Shown: positions 12,201-25,216, counted from the first letter of the stretch. The stretch: 64,000 bases of DNA from Octopus sinensis (GCF_006345805.1 NC_042998.1:88598001-88662000); one strand, 5' to 3'. Notes: generated from the letters alone by a model not told the origin. A program made the numbers and translations.

Positions 12201-12625
12201 ATGGGTGTGCACCTTCGCCGGTTTGTGCAAGATGTAAGAGGGACAGTGAAACTGTCCTGCACGCGATTGTGCAATGCCCGAAAGTGACTGAACTCTGGGC
12301 TTATGTCGAACACCTGCTGTCGCATTCGAGAAGAGTACAACTGTCGAGCGAATCTGTAATTAAGATAGTTCCGCCGACCTTCCTGAATAGGAAGGAGCGA
12401 GCCTGTTTTCTTTCGGTAGTTGCTATGGCGAAAGAAGTAGTGTGGAAGACGAGAGTGAAAGGAATTGCAACAGGCATGTTTATCTCCAGTCTCGAGCTAA
12501 TCGACTTTTTCGTTTTCCACATGAAACGGAAAATAAGGCTGGAGAAGAAATGCCTGTCGCAAAGTGTGTTTCGTAAAAGATGGAAGTCTATAGCAAGTAT
12601 GTTGCGAGTGAAAGAACCTGTTTAA
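9218..12625 (+). pseudogene. Tx1 ORF2: APE endonuclease + reverse transcriptase + zinc-binding domain, disrupted
   Basis: One frame from 9218. EN motifs: GCINIRGL, VVVITES, LVGDFN, SYIDRI, SDHKLV. RT motifs: KSPGLDGLP, NFRPITLLN, LDQSKAFDRV, QGCP, YADD. C-terminal CARCKRDSETVLHAIVQC. Lesions: in-frame TAG at 10061-10063, and a compensating -1 (~10874) / +1 (~10961) pair. Confidence 0.93.
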
Positions 12626-13328
12626 TCGGGAATGTAGAAAAGGAGAAAGCAAAGTCTTCAGTGTGAGTATGTGGTTTGTGGGGTCAACTACGTCCTCCGC
12701 TTCATTTTTTGTTAATCACTCATTCTCATTTAATTGTATATATTTTAATTGTTTGTTTATTCATATGTTTCGTCTCATCCGATACCCTGACCCCAACGTT
12801 TGTTTTGTCCCCTCTTTTTCTCAACCTTATGGTGAATAAAGAAATACTTTCTCTCTCTCTCTCTCTCTTTCTTTCTTCAGTTTTCGAATTGGTAAAAGAA
12901 TGAAATTATCTCCCCTGCATCTAATTCTTTTTGTAGCCTAAATCAATAAATGTATTTTATAGACAACTTCGAAGTGTGCTTTGCAATACTGCTGGATCAT
13001 AATTAATATATTACTCCCTAATTACTGCAGACCTGCCTTCACCAACGCACAATATCACAATTCTGAAATATTTCTAATTTAACTTACCTTTTCGAAAGCA
13101 GAAAGATTTCTAACTGTATCCCCACTTCTAGTATGATTTGTATCACCTAAGAAAACACACACACACATAAATAAAATAAAAGCAGCTATGTGAACAGTTC
13201 CTGTTGTTTAATTATTGCTTATTTGGTGCACCAAAAGCGTTGGTTCCTTACCAGTTTACCAGAGATTCTACAACACACCTGGGACCATTTTTTGCTCAGT
13301 TGTAAAATATTCATTTCCTTATTTCTCA

Positions 13329-13728
13329 TCTTTATATATAAAAGTAAGGTTGTGTGTCTGTCTCCTACGATTTAGATTCCTAACTACTCCCACATTTTGC
13401 GGTGCAGTTTAACCAAAACCGGGTATCTTATAGTCGTGATTCATATCGAGCCCTTCTTGGTATTAGCGCACGTCTACGATCAGTCTACGATTTAAAAAAA
13501 AAATTACCATAATTTTTTTTTCCATTTTAATGCATTTTTTTCGCTATCATATAAGGGAAGTAACTCTCTAAAAATGTCTACGATGAGTCAACGATTTTAA
13601 AAAAAATTTACCATCATTTTTTTTCCATTTTTAATGCATTTTTTTGCTATTTTTGGCTATAACTCTCTAAAAATGCTTATATAGTTATTTCCCTTACAAA
13701 CCCGAGCAACGCCGGGCGATACTGCTAG
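13329..13728 (+). mobile_element. Non-autonomous Helitron
   Basis: Starts A|TC (TCTTTATATATAAAAG), ends CTAG|T, with a subterminal GC hairpin CCCGAGCAACGCCGGG at 13701-13716. Contains an internal ~100-bp tandem duplication (GTCTACGAT...AACTCTCTAAAAATG twice). Confidence 0.82.
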
Positions 13729-15452
13729 TTACATATAAAGTTTCTGAATTTCCTTGATGTTCGTCGGTTTTTATGACCTCTCTCATCAAGACGTGTTTTA
13801 CTCTTGTCTATATTTCTCTTCAGAAATTCTGAAACAAGTCCAATCTTTTCACATTGCTAATTTTTATTCTAGTGGTTTGATTGAGTATGTAATGAAAACT
13901 GTATTTCCAATAAATACATGTTCCTGTAGGTGTCAAATTTCAACCTCTAGCATAGTAATTTCAAGGTTATTGATGAAATTGTAATATGATCACAATGCAC
14001 ACTATGCTTCATTTCCTACTGAATTCACTTCTAATCTTCCTTTTAACCCATACACACATCAAACAGTAAGCTTTCTTACTGCTTTCCAAGCTACAAAGAA
14101 TAAAAAACCTATTAATATCATTTACTAGATTAACAACTGGTAATTAGAACTAAGTATTAATTTTATAATTTTGCTTCATACATTTTTTATAGTAGTTTCA
14201 CTAGATATTGTCCTGGGTATGAATTTAAACTGCATCAGGTAGTGAGGCCCTGGTTTGGGAGTTGCAGGATTTTGAGAAGTGTGGAACCACCTCTTAGTCA
14301 CTATTGTTTCCAGATCAGCTGTCAGGGTTCCAGCTATGGGTTAATTATTATGTCACTGAATTATCTCTTCAAGAAGGTCACTCACAGGCACCCTAGCAGA
14401 CAGATGAACCCCTTAAAACTCTTAAGCTACTGATGTGAGAGAAGGTAACTCCATACAAATCCTACTTTCTGAAAATTACGGGGATCATGACACTTCTTGC
14501 ACTAGAACAGTACAAGTTTGAAAATTAATACTTAGTTCTAACTGCCAGTTGTTAATCTAGTAAATGGTATTAATAGGTTTTCATTCTCTGTAGCTTGGAG
14601 AAAGCTTACTGCTTGATGTTTGATAGGGGTCAAAGTGAAGATTATTGTAAGTTCAGTGGGAAATGAAGCATGTGATTATATTACATATTGCTTTAGTGCA
14701 ACAAGTGTCATGAGAGTGGGACTGTTCTGTACAAACCATGGCCACTATAATAATATCCATCATGCAGGTTCTTCAGCAGACCAAGACACCAGCACACTTT
14801 CTTCTTTTAGGAACACTGTGTAGCTATGTCTTGCTGAACCCTCATTCATCAAAACAATGAGTGAACCCAGTTAGTCACTAAATATAAAACATCTGTAATT
14901 CTCTGACTTTTTATCTATACCCAAAATATACCCTATTCAACTGAAAACTATTTAACTCCAGCCATGTTGTGACTCTTTATTACCCCATCTTTTTACTACA
15001 CTATCCATTTGCTTGAAATCCCTGTAATTTCTTGTCTCCAATGCATCTTCTCACTTCTTGTAATAACTTTTTTTCGTCATATTTATATTGAAATATGCTG
15101 CATTTGTATCTGTTAATTTTTAATATAACAAAGGATTTAATAAAATAACTTTGTTATTATTAAACTGGTATCTGGAACATAAATTAGGAAATTTTGATGT
15201 GTGATTTCAATTTACATCACTTTAAAACAGGAAGTTTGTATCATAGAACCAAGGGATCTCAGTGGAATAGTATCACACAATGCTTTTACTATACCAGCCA
15301 TTAAAGTATTTTTTTCATACAACCATAGTGGCTATGTGATTAAGGAGTTGGCTTCCAAACTATGTAGTTTGGGGTTCAGTCCCACTGCATAGCACCTTGG
15401 GCAAGTGTCTTCTGTTATACTCCTGAGACAATCAACACCTTGTTCAAGCAAA

Positions 15453-15455
<3 letters not shown>

Positions 15456-15498
<43 letters not shown>

Positions 15499-15580
15499 GT
15501 ATGTATGTATGTACGTATGTATGTTTGTATGTATGTATGTATATGTGTGTGATTGTGTAAGTACGTATGTACATACATAC
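15456..15580. repeat. (TA)n/(TATG)n microsatellite
   Basis: Direct reading. Confidence 0.95.
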
Positions 15581-15867
15581 ATGATAGTTGTAAATAACTG
15601 TCACTGTCATGCAAATGTTGTCATTAATTTCCAATCTTCTATTACAGCCTGCCTGATTATGGGGAAATATTGCCATGTTAAGAAGCAAGAAAGAATTGTC
15701 AACAGGACCGGCATCCATTGAATTCCATTTGACCAATGCACGCATGGAGAAATGGACAACAATGTTGATGATAATATTATATATGATGGACATTAATAAC
15801 TTCAGTGACTTGACAGCATAAACATCACAAAGCCTTATTCCATATCTTTTTCTTTATCCCCTCACAG

Positions 15868-15894
15868 ATCACCACTTTATTGGCCCTGTAAGAT
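15868..15894 (+). other. Candidate 27-nt microexon
   Basis: Pyrimidine tract tctttttctttatcccctcacag| and donor |gtaagt. Frame-preserving length. Confidence 0.35.
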
Positions 15895-17409
15895 GTAAGT
15901 TTATCCAATCCTATTCATACCTTTTATTAATCAACCAATCATAGTAGCACTTTGTAATTTCATCATTTTCATTTCCTTGTAGTCAAATTTTTCTTTAGTA
16001 ACATTCCTGATTCCTCCTAATTTGCTGTACTGAAATTCAAAACATTGTACACAAGCTCCCAAGTCATAAAACATGAGAAAACATCTTACTATTTTTGTTT
16101 AAGTTAAGTAAACTTGACATTTAGCTCTATGTAGCCTTGAGTTACATGTTCTTATCTCCACCTCATTTTTTTTTTTTAATTTATTATTTTTTTTTTTTCA
16201 TAAATCAACTGTGTTTTATCTTCTCTGCTATTCCATTAATCTATTGTCTATTGTTTGGTGTGTTTTCTACTGCTGATAGGGAACTGATTTTACTCAAATG
16301 TTTTCTCTCTCAATGAAAAAAACATTTGCTATAATCATGTACAAGGCAGCCATCTCGTGTATGCTTACAGTGCTCTGATCCACTATTTTGTAGGCAAATA
16401 TATGTCAATGTAAAGGATATTAAAGATCATTTTCATTAATGGCAACTATACTGGACTGGATAAAATTCAAGTAAATGATATAGTTTTTAACTAATGATAT
16501 ATACTCTGCTTCTTATTTTCCACAGTTTCTACATTTCTTTGTCTATAATAAAAACATTGTCCCTTGTTAGCATATTATTTCAGTCTTTATATTATACAAA
16601 TTCTGTTGTTCTTATTTTTGTTGTTTTATTTTTAATTTGAGGTTCTCAATGTTCCATAATTTTAATCATTACAGATAAGTTATCTTGTTTCACCACTCTA
16701 AATCTTGCATACATATCTCATATTGCACCATCTCATCATTGTTTGAACATTCACTGTGCTATGCTTGTATGAGGTGAAGGAATTTATTGAAGCAGATTTT
16801 TCTACTGGTAGATACCTACCCTGTTGTCAGCTCTCACCTGTTTTCAAGAAAGGTAATATTTCCTCATTGTTAGAATATTGGAAATGAATGATACTGCTTG
16901 TATGACTAACATTCATTTACAACTATCACATGATGTCAAGACAAGAACACACACACACAATTGGCTTCTTTCCATTTCTGCCAACAAGATCCACTCAGGG
17001 GGCTTTGGTCAGCATGAGGCCATAGTAGAAGACACCTTAGGTGCCATGTAGTGGAAGTGAACCTGAAGCCATGTAGCTGGAAACCAAACATCCTAACTAT
17101 ACAGCCATATCTACACAAATAAACACCCATACAAATACATGAAATATTATGTATGTGTGCAATGCTTCAGTTCTTCCATCTCTTAAGTGAGTCGAATGAA
17201 ACAACTGCAGCATTAAGTGTTGTATCTGAACAATGTTCTTGTAGGAACCTGGACAATATTCACAAAGACTAGAGCTTCATAATATTGACAAGGTTCATTG
17301 GAGACAACACAACAAATATATATAAATGTTGTACAGTAAAAAGAGGTGAAGGATCTATTTTAGAAATATATAAAAATTATGTATGTATGTATGCATGTAT
17401 GTACGTACG

Positions 17410-17860
17410 TACGTACGTGTCAGGTCACTTTCAAGTGCTACTGGTAACATGTAACCCAGTACAACCTGTTGCATGGTCAGGTCGTTGGCGACGAAACTGG
17501 CAAACCCACCAAGCTTGCTTGGTGTGGAGGGTGTTTATTGGACACCCAGCGGGATGAAAAACAAAACCCGTCAAAGGGCAGAGGAACTCTTGAGAGTCAA
17601 CAGCCATCCAATAAATGTCTTAAGGCTGTATCATGTGCGGGGACATAGAAATAATCAGACTGAATACCCGATTGCGTGGTTAAACCATTGGGAGTGAAGG
17701 ACTTCTAGCCTTTGTTAGGGCATCCTTCTAGGAGAAGGTAACTCAGGTAACTGGGATAACTCCAACATAAAACCTGCAGCTCAGTGGTTACCGATGATGT
17801 TGACTTGTTCTTCTTTTCGGATTATGGCCGCTCTTGCTTAGTGAGTGGGATTGACTCAGT
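17410..17860 (+). mobile_element. Probable LINE (RTE-type) 5'UTR remnant
   Basis: GGGCATCCTTCTAGGAGAAGGTAACTC motif also at ~14435 and ~22680. The upstream part is repeated at 29470-29590. The family assignment is an inference. Confidence 0.45.
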
Positions 17861-18194
17861 ACACAGCCTTTCCTCACTTTAAAAAAAGTCTTCTTGTACA
17901 GGCATTGCACGATAACAACATTGATTAAGCTTCGTGCAATGGCCATACTCAATAATGAGGGGGCAGCCACCGTATATATGGGGATTTTTTACAGCTGGGT
18001 TGGTATTAGGAAGGGCATCCAGCCATAAAACTCTCCCAAAACAGACAGTGAAGCCTGGTACAGTTTTCTGCCTTGTCAGCATTTGTCAAACTGTCCAATC
18101 CATACCACTTTGGATGATGGATGTTAAATGATGATGTGTGTATGTGTGTGTAAATTATATCAATCATATATATATATATATACGTACCCTTGAT

Positions 18195-18722
18195 ATGATA
18201 TGCTTAAGAAGACCTGTTGAGCCAAGAAAAAACCAAAATCATAACTGTGGACAGTGCCCCCTGACTGGCTCCTGTGCTGGTGGCACGTAAAATTCACCAT
18301 CTGAACGTGGTTGATGCCAGTGCCCCCTACTGGCTCCTATGCTAGTGGAACGTAAAAAGCACCATCCGAATGTGGTCAATGCCAGGTCTGCCTGACTGGC
18401 TGCTATGCTGGTGGCACATAAAAAGAACCATTCGAACGTGGTCGATGCCAGTGCCCCCTGACTGGCTCCTGTGCTGGTGGCATGTAAAAAGCACTACCTG
18501 AGCGTGATCAATGCCAAGGCCACCTGACTGGCTCCCATGCCAGGGACAAATAAAAAGTACCCACTACACTCTCGAAGTGGTTGGTGCTAGGAAGGGCATC
18601 CAGCTGTAGAAACATTGCCAAATCAGACTGGAGCCTGGTGCAGCCTCCTGGCTTGCCAGTCCTCAGTCAACCCATGCTAGCGTGGAAAAACAAACATTAA
18701 ACAATGATAATGATGATGATGA
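18195..18722 (+). mobile_element. RTE 3' end with ~60-bp repeats
   Basis: GCTTAAGAAGACC ORF-end remnant, about five GTGCTGGTGGCACGTAAAA units, common terminal segment (GGAAGGGCATCCAGCTGTAGAAAC...CCCATGCTAGC) and GAT tail. Confidence 0.78.
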
Positions 18723-18727
18723 CAATT

Positions 18728-18825
18728 ATGCATATATATGTATATACAAGTATATATATATATATATATGTATATATATAATATATATATATATATAATA
18801 TAATATAAAATAATATAATATAATG
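18728..18825. repeat. (TA)n/(TAA/ATA) microsatellite
   Basis: Direct reading. Confidence 0.9.
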
Positions 18826-19449
18826 CAAAAACTAATTTCTGTGTCACTATGTCACCCTCCACTATTCAATGACACTTCTACTATTCCTTGAACTGGGATG
18901 AGAGTAATAGTAGAGATGATGAGGGTGGTGGTGAAGACAGACAGACACATTGTGAGAGAAAGAAAAAGAATGGGAGAGAAAGAGATACAAAGAAATTTAG
19001 GGAGAGTTGATGATGTTTTATTTAAAGTAGCAATGTTGATGGTGGCAGTGGGAGTAATAATAAGAGAGAGAGAAAAAATGGGTATGTGAGAGAAAGAGGG
19101 AAATGATGTACAACTTTGTTTAACCATGTCTCTTTGACAGAGATTACTGTGGGCAACATACTGAACACTATCATTTTTGTTTTATTTTTTGCTTTCTTTA
19201 ATATATATACATGCACATATATACATATTTACATATATACATGATACTCATCTCTATAACAGTGGGTTTTATTTTTCTAATTTGTAAATATTGTTCTAAC
19301 GTTTGTTCATGTAAAAACATGAAATTAAAAGAAACCTGACTTTATTTTTCAATGCAAAACATTGAAATTACACAGTGTAGACATAAACATATTTCCAAAT
19401 ACATGAACTCACAGGCACATATACACACACACGTATATAAATATATATA

Positions 19450-20075
19450 TCATCATCATCATCATCATCGTTTAATGTCTGTTCTCCATGCTAGCATGGG
19501 TTGGACGGTTCGACCGGGGATCTGGGTAGCCAGAAGGCTGCACCAGGCTCCAGTCTTATCTGGCAATGTTTCTACAGCTGGATGCCCTTCCTAACGCCAA
19601 CCACTCCGTGAGTGTAGTGGGTGCTTTTTACGTGCCACCTGCACAGGTGCCAGGCGAGGCTGGCAACGGCCACGGTAGGATTGGTGTATTTTACGTGCCA
19701 CCGGCACGGAAGCCAGTCGAGGCGGCGCTGGCATCGGCCATGAGTCGGATAGTGCTTTTTACGTACCACCAGACCAGGGATCCTGGCTGGTTCAATTCGA
19801 TTTCGCTTGCCCCAATATGTTTTCGCAAGCAAAGGGGGTTGGCATGGGTGCCTGTCGTCGGATGAGGTTCTATATCGACTTTGCTTGCCTCAACAGGTCT
19901 TTGTGTCCAAGGGAGGAAAGGCATGCATAAGTGGGCTGGGCTCACTTGTCTTGCCTGGTCTTCTCACGTACAGCATATTTCCAATGGTCTCGGTCGCTGG
20001 TCATTTCCTCAGTGAGGCCTAAAGTTCGAAGGTCGTGCTTCACCACCTCGTCCCAGGTTTTCCTGGGTCTACCTC
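19450..20075 (-). mobile_element. Young RTE 3' end
   Basis: Minus strand RGRPRKTWDEVVKHDLRTLGLTEEMTSDRDHWKYAVREKTRQDK*, then 3'UTR repeats and a (GAT)n tail. CpGs retained. Confidence 0.85.
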
Positions 20076-20124
20076 TTATATATAATTTTTCATAGAACTT
20101 CTTATTTTCCTTCTTGGCACATCA

Positions 20125-20520
20125 TCATGGCATGGGTTGGACAGTTTGACTGAGGTTTGGAGAATCAACAGCTGCACCAGGCTCCAATCTGATATAGCAA
20201 TGTTTCTACAGCTGGATGCCCTTCCTAACACCAACCACTCTGAGAGTGTAGTGAGTGCTTTTTACATGCGACATGCACAGGAGCCAGTCAGGTAGACCTG
20301 GCATTGATCATATTCGGACAGTACTTTTTATGTGCCACCAGCACAGGGGCCACTCAGGGAGTACTGGCATTGGCCATGTTCAGATGGTGCTTTTTACACG
20401 CCACTGGCATGGGAGCCAATCAGTGGATACTGACATTGACTATGTTCAGATGGTGCTTCTTATGTTCCACCGGCACAGGAGTGTCAGAGAACACTGGCAT
20501 TGACCACATTTGGATGGACT
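20125..20520 (-). mobile_element. Older RTE 3'UTR fragment
   Basis: Same 3'UTR modules as 19450-19800 but CpG-decayed. Confidence 0.75.
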
Positions 20521-23500
20521 GCACCCCATCCTTTTTTCATTATTTTCCTCATCCTAAAAGAGGTCAACATCTTTGAACTCATGTCTCATGCCAGTATCTT
20601 TACAATTGTAAAAAAAAACTAACTAAATAAATAAATGATAAAAAAACATTCTAAATTGAAAAGAAATCCCTCTTTCTACCTCTCTGTCTGTCTGGCTATT
20701 TATCTGTCTATCCATTCTTCTATCTGTGCATCCATCTATCTATCTATTTCCATTGTCCTGGAACCTCACCCCTCACAAAAAAAAAATACAATGTTCTCTT
20801 CTTTTAAACAAAACAAAAAAAACCACCTGATTTATGTAAATGATCAAACTGTTTGCACATTCACAATTTTATTTAAGAAGTTCAAAGACAAACGAAAGCA
20901 CTAATAATAATGACTAGATAAAAAAATTCTGTTTCCAAAATTCTGGCAACCTCTGCTTTTCTCAGTATTCAATATCTGTGCACCACTTCTAACACTCTAT
21001 ACATACATCTAATATAATAAGTGTGAAAACTAATTTGCATGTTAGTGTGTCACACTTTGACTCCCTCTCTCACTATTCAATGACACTTCTACTATTGCTC
21101 ATGTTGGGGTAAGGATAATAGTAGGCATAGAGACAGTGAGGGGTGGTGAAGACAGACAGAGATAGAAAAAGAAAAGGAGAGACAAAGAAATTTAGAGAGA
21201 GTTGATGTTTTATTAAAACACAAGACTTAAAAAATTTAAAGGAAGTGGATAATCAATGTCCCACCCACAGCTGAGTGTGAAAGGACGGAGAGAAGAACAT
21301 ATCTTAAACCCCCAAAATTAATGGCCCTCTTTAACACACCTAGCATATACTCTATCCAATGTATACCATAAAAAATAAACAACACAGCCAAGAAAATGAA
21401 TATATAAACAACTAAAAACACTACTCTACAAGCACTACACTTGAAAACAAGGCTACAACATACCCAACCACTACAATACACAAAAAGCCCTGTGAAAACA
21501 CTAACATCAACCTTGACCTAATTAGACTGAACCCTGACTTTGGACAGCAAACATACAAATGAACCAGATTTCATTTTCAAAATGATCCCCCCATGTCCTA
21601 CGAACCCTAAGTAACAAAAAACTAACTACACTCAGTTCACTTCAAAACTAGCCAAATGGTTAGACCTCGATGAAGCTGTACTGAAAATCATGCCAAGTTG
21701 CTTGTATAACTACCTGTAATCTGTGCAGTGGAAACATGTGTAGGCCATAAAGACTATAATAATATGCTGTATAAAAATTTTAAAATAAGAGGAGATAAAG
21801 TCTCCATGTTCTATATCGTTATAGTTATTGCTAATATATATACCCCTGACAATATTACCCTCCAATGAAGTGAACACAGAATTACCCATCAGAGGAATTT
21901 ACTGAGTGACTGACAACTAATAGTAGTCATAGACACTAAATACCTGGGGCATAAATGAGAGCCACCACAGTATCCGCCCAGATGATATACCCCTCCAAAC
22001 TCACATTTATATACGTGTTTGTGTGTACATATATGTTTGTGTGTGTGTCCGTGCATGACACTTTGGTGACAGTGATATCATGCTTACATCTTATAAACAA
22101 TATCTCATGTAGCTCTGTAATTTTAATTTGTAAAACCATTGAAACAATTCTAATGACTTCTTTGAAAAACAAGAAGGGCATCCAAAGTCAATATGATGTT
22201 ATAGTTTTGGTAAATGATTTTTAACAGTGTTAGTCAGCCTTAGCTTTGTGAGTAAACTAGGTAGATGGAAGTCATAGGAGCCTGTCAAATAGACAATACC
22301 TGTTATTTAACAAATCAACCTTGTCTCATGTTGCATCATGCAAATTCTGTCTTAGGGTTACCTAAACAGCAAAAGAAGGCACAGATTTTCCAACCACCTG
22401 GTTTGGGGTCCAGCCTCACTGTGCCCCACTTTGGGCAAGTGTTTCTACTATAGCCAGCCAAAGCCTTGCGAGAGGCTCTGGTATGTGAATATATAAACTG
22501 CATCTAGTGGTGATGCTCCAGTCCAGGAATTCTGGAACTGTGGGGAAATGTAGTTTTCCCTTAATTACCATTACTTACAAGTCTGTTCTGACCTGGAATG
22601 GTAGTATCTGTCACAGTCCCATCTATAAGCTAAACAGATTTCCCAAGCTCCTGTTACTTCTAAAGCTATGGGGAAGGCAGGTCTTCTCGGAGAAAGATAC
22701 TCTGACATAAAACTTGTAGTTAAAATATACCAGTCATCTTACAAAGCTTGCCACTGGAACCTACTATAGTGATTGAGAGGCAAAAGTGTTGTACAAGCTT
22801 TTGTCACTTCAATCCAGTAACATGCAAATGACTCACTATCATTTAATGTGAGATGGATATCATCTGACAAGATGAAGATAATCATATATGTGTTTGTGCA
22901 TGTGAGTGTGTATGTAAATGTGTGTAGCCTTGTCTTAACGTTATGTGATGGTTGCCAATGAGCATCACTGTCATACAAGCAATGTTGTTTCCAATCTTCC
23001 ATGAAAAACATGTCTGGCTATGGGGAAATATGACCTTGTTTGGAAACAGGTGAGAATTATTGACAGGAAGGGCATCTGGTGATAGAAAATCTGCCTCAAT
23101 ATATTCCATTTGACCCATGCAAGCATGGAAAAGTGGACGTTGAATGAAATGATGATGTGCTAAATGAATAGAACATAAAGGAAAAATAGGTTTTGCCCTG
23201 ATACAAGTTGTACTGAGCATCATGGATGGTTACAGGGTTGCACATTTTTGTGTTTGAGCAAACAATAGGCACATAAGACTGGTTTCCTGGGATTCTGTGG
23301 CACATATATTTCACTCTTGGATGCAGGATTACATATTATGCCAGCTGAGAGGACTGGAGCAATTTAAAATTAAATGCTTTGCTCAAGAAAAAAATACATT
23401 GACTGGTTTCTGGCCCAGGAATCAAAACCACAACTTTGTGATCGTAAGTGCAACACACTAAACCACATGGCATATGCCTTTACACACACACACACTCTCT

Positions 23501-25216
23501 CTCTCACTTACACATATTTTTTTTACTATACATAAGTATTCTTTTACTTAAAATGGCTTCAGTCATTGCAGTGTTGGCATATTAGGGCACAACCATCCAG
23601 AGTTTTAATCAATTACTTCAACTTCCATACTTAACTGGTACTTATTTAATCATCCTCTGAAGGCTGAAAGGCAAAGTTGATCTAGGCATGATTTGAATCC
23701 AAAATATAAAAGGCTGTAACAAGGAAATATTTGGTACAGAGCTCACTAATGTTTATCATCCATTGCTATCACATCACTTTCATAGTATATTTTTATGCCT
23801 TTTATCAATTCCTAGGTTTATCCAAAATACTCCCTCATAAAATTGAACTTCCAAGTAATTAGAAGAACAACTTCTTTAAGAGAAGAATTAAACAATATCA
23901 TAACTCCCTCATAAGATGAGATAACAGGATACTCTCTGAAAATAATTTTACAAAATGTGTGAATATTGTCAACTAAAATTATGGATCATCTGATCTCGAG
24001 CTGCTGAACATGACGTAGAGCCAGGTACATTCATCTGATCTGATTATATGATCAGCCATCTAACTCGTAACCGTTTTAATGAGCAAAGAAAATATAATTA
24101 TATGCCTTCTTAGACACAGTGACAAATCTTATTTATATAATGTAAAAATAATCTGGCTCAAGTTAATATTCTTCAGCAGTGTAGTTTCCAATAAAAATCT
24201 CAATGTGGCGATATTTCTTTTATTACCCGAGGTGAATAAATTATCAGAAAGTTATGTTAAGTTGTTTGCCAATTATTTTTCAGTTGATAATTTCTCAAAT
24301 GACAACAACAAAATTTGCTTTTCTTCTTAAATATTTTTTTAACGAAAAGTTTTCTTTATTGAAGAGCAAGAAACGAATATATACTTTTATCGTCAGTTAA
24401 AACAATTCCAACGAAACTTTGGATTTCTTGGAGTTTAAAGCATGCGATAATTTCATTTACATGAAAGATGAGATTGAAGATGACGATGGAAGTTAATTTT
24501 TGCCGATTGACGAAACAGTGACGGCAAAAGTGCAAAAACTTTGGAAAACCAGTCGGATTCGCTTAATTTTTCCTTTGCAGTAAATCCAACAGACAATACA
24601 GATTTTCAGACGATCCTCGTGATTAATACGGCTGAATAAAACATTCATCAAAAGAGCACTTTTATAGGTAATTCTATTTGTTTGTCTACAATAAGTTGGA
24701 ACAAACGTATGTACACACACATTTATATATAGACCATAATATCAACAATAAACAGCTGTACGTAAGAAACTGCGGTATTTGAATTACAGAAGGAAGAACA
24801 CACACCCACACAAATGAAAAAACTGTCTTCCAGAAAGCAAGAAATTAACATAGACAGTAGTAGAGAAGAAAGTAACTAACTTGAAATTGTGATACGAAGT
24901 GTCCATTAACTAAATTAACTTACTTCTAGTTAATTGGTTAAATGGAACTACTTACTAAATGGAAATAGTTGTTGTTAGCTACAAGACGATGAGTGTGTTT
25001 ACCTAACAACAACAACAATGACAGCCACTGCCGCTCTCTAAAGATTGAAGGCGAAATGTTGAAGAGTAACAGGAAAACACCAAATCCAATAAAGAAATAA
25101 ATAACCACCGATAGCGGTGCCACTATCACAAAACAATTCTGTTTTGCACTTGTGGAGATAGTGGTACTTTTACTGCTGGCTCATTTTTCTTTTTTTTTTT
25201 TTTAACCCTCCCACAG

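Larger units (their letters stand above)
7454..12849 (+). mobile_element. Near full-length Tx1-clade (L1 superfamily) non-LTR retrotransposon inserted in a (TC)n microsatellite
   Basis: Two-ORF layout: ORF1 with a CCHC knuckle, then ORF2 with APE endonuclease, RT and a C-terminal CX2CX7HX4C. AATAAA at 12835-12840 with no poly(A). (TC)11 immediately 5' (7431-7452) and (TC)9 immediately 3' (12850-12867). CpG-rich relative to the flanks, consistent with a young copy. Confidence 0.93.

Noticed and set aside
9994-12522. Minus-strand ORFs of 62-137 aa
   Set aside because: Antisense shadows of Tx1 ORF2.
15332-15793. 153-aa and 93-aa ORFs (YIYIYI...)
   Set aside because: Microsatellite translation plus SINE pieces.
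24011-24050. C/D-box snoRNA-like ATGACG...CTGA
   Set aside because: Box C is non-canonical, spacing is too short, and there is no terminal stem.
25103-25128. Lambda-operator-like ACCACCGATAGCGGTG sequence
   Set aside because: Short chance resemblance with no phage context.
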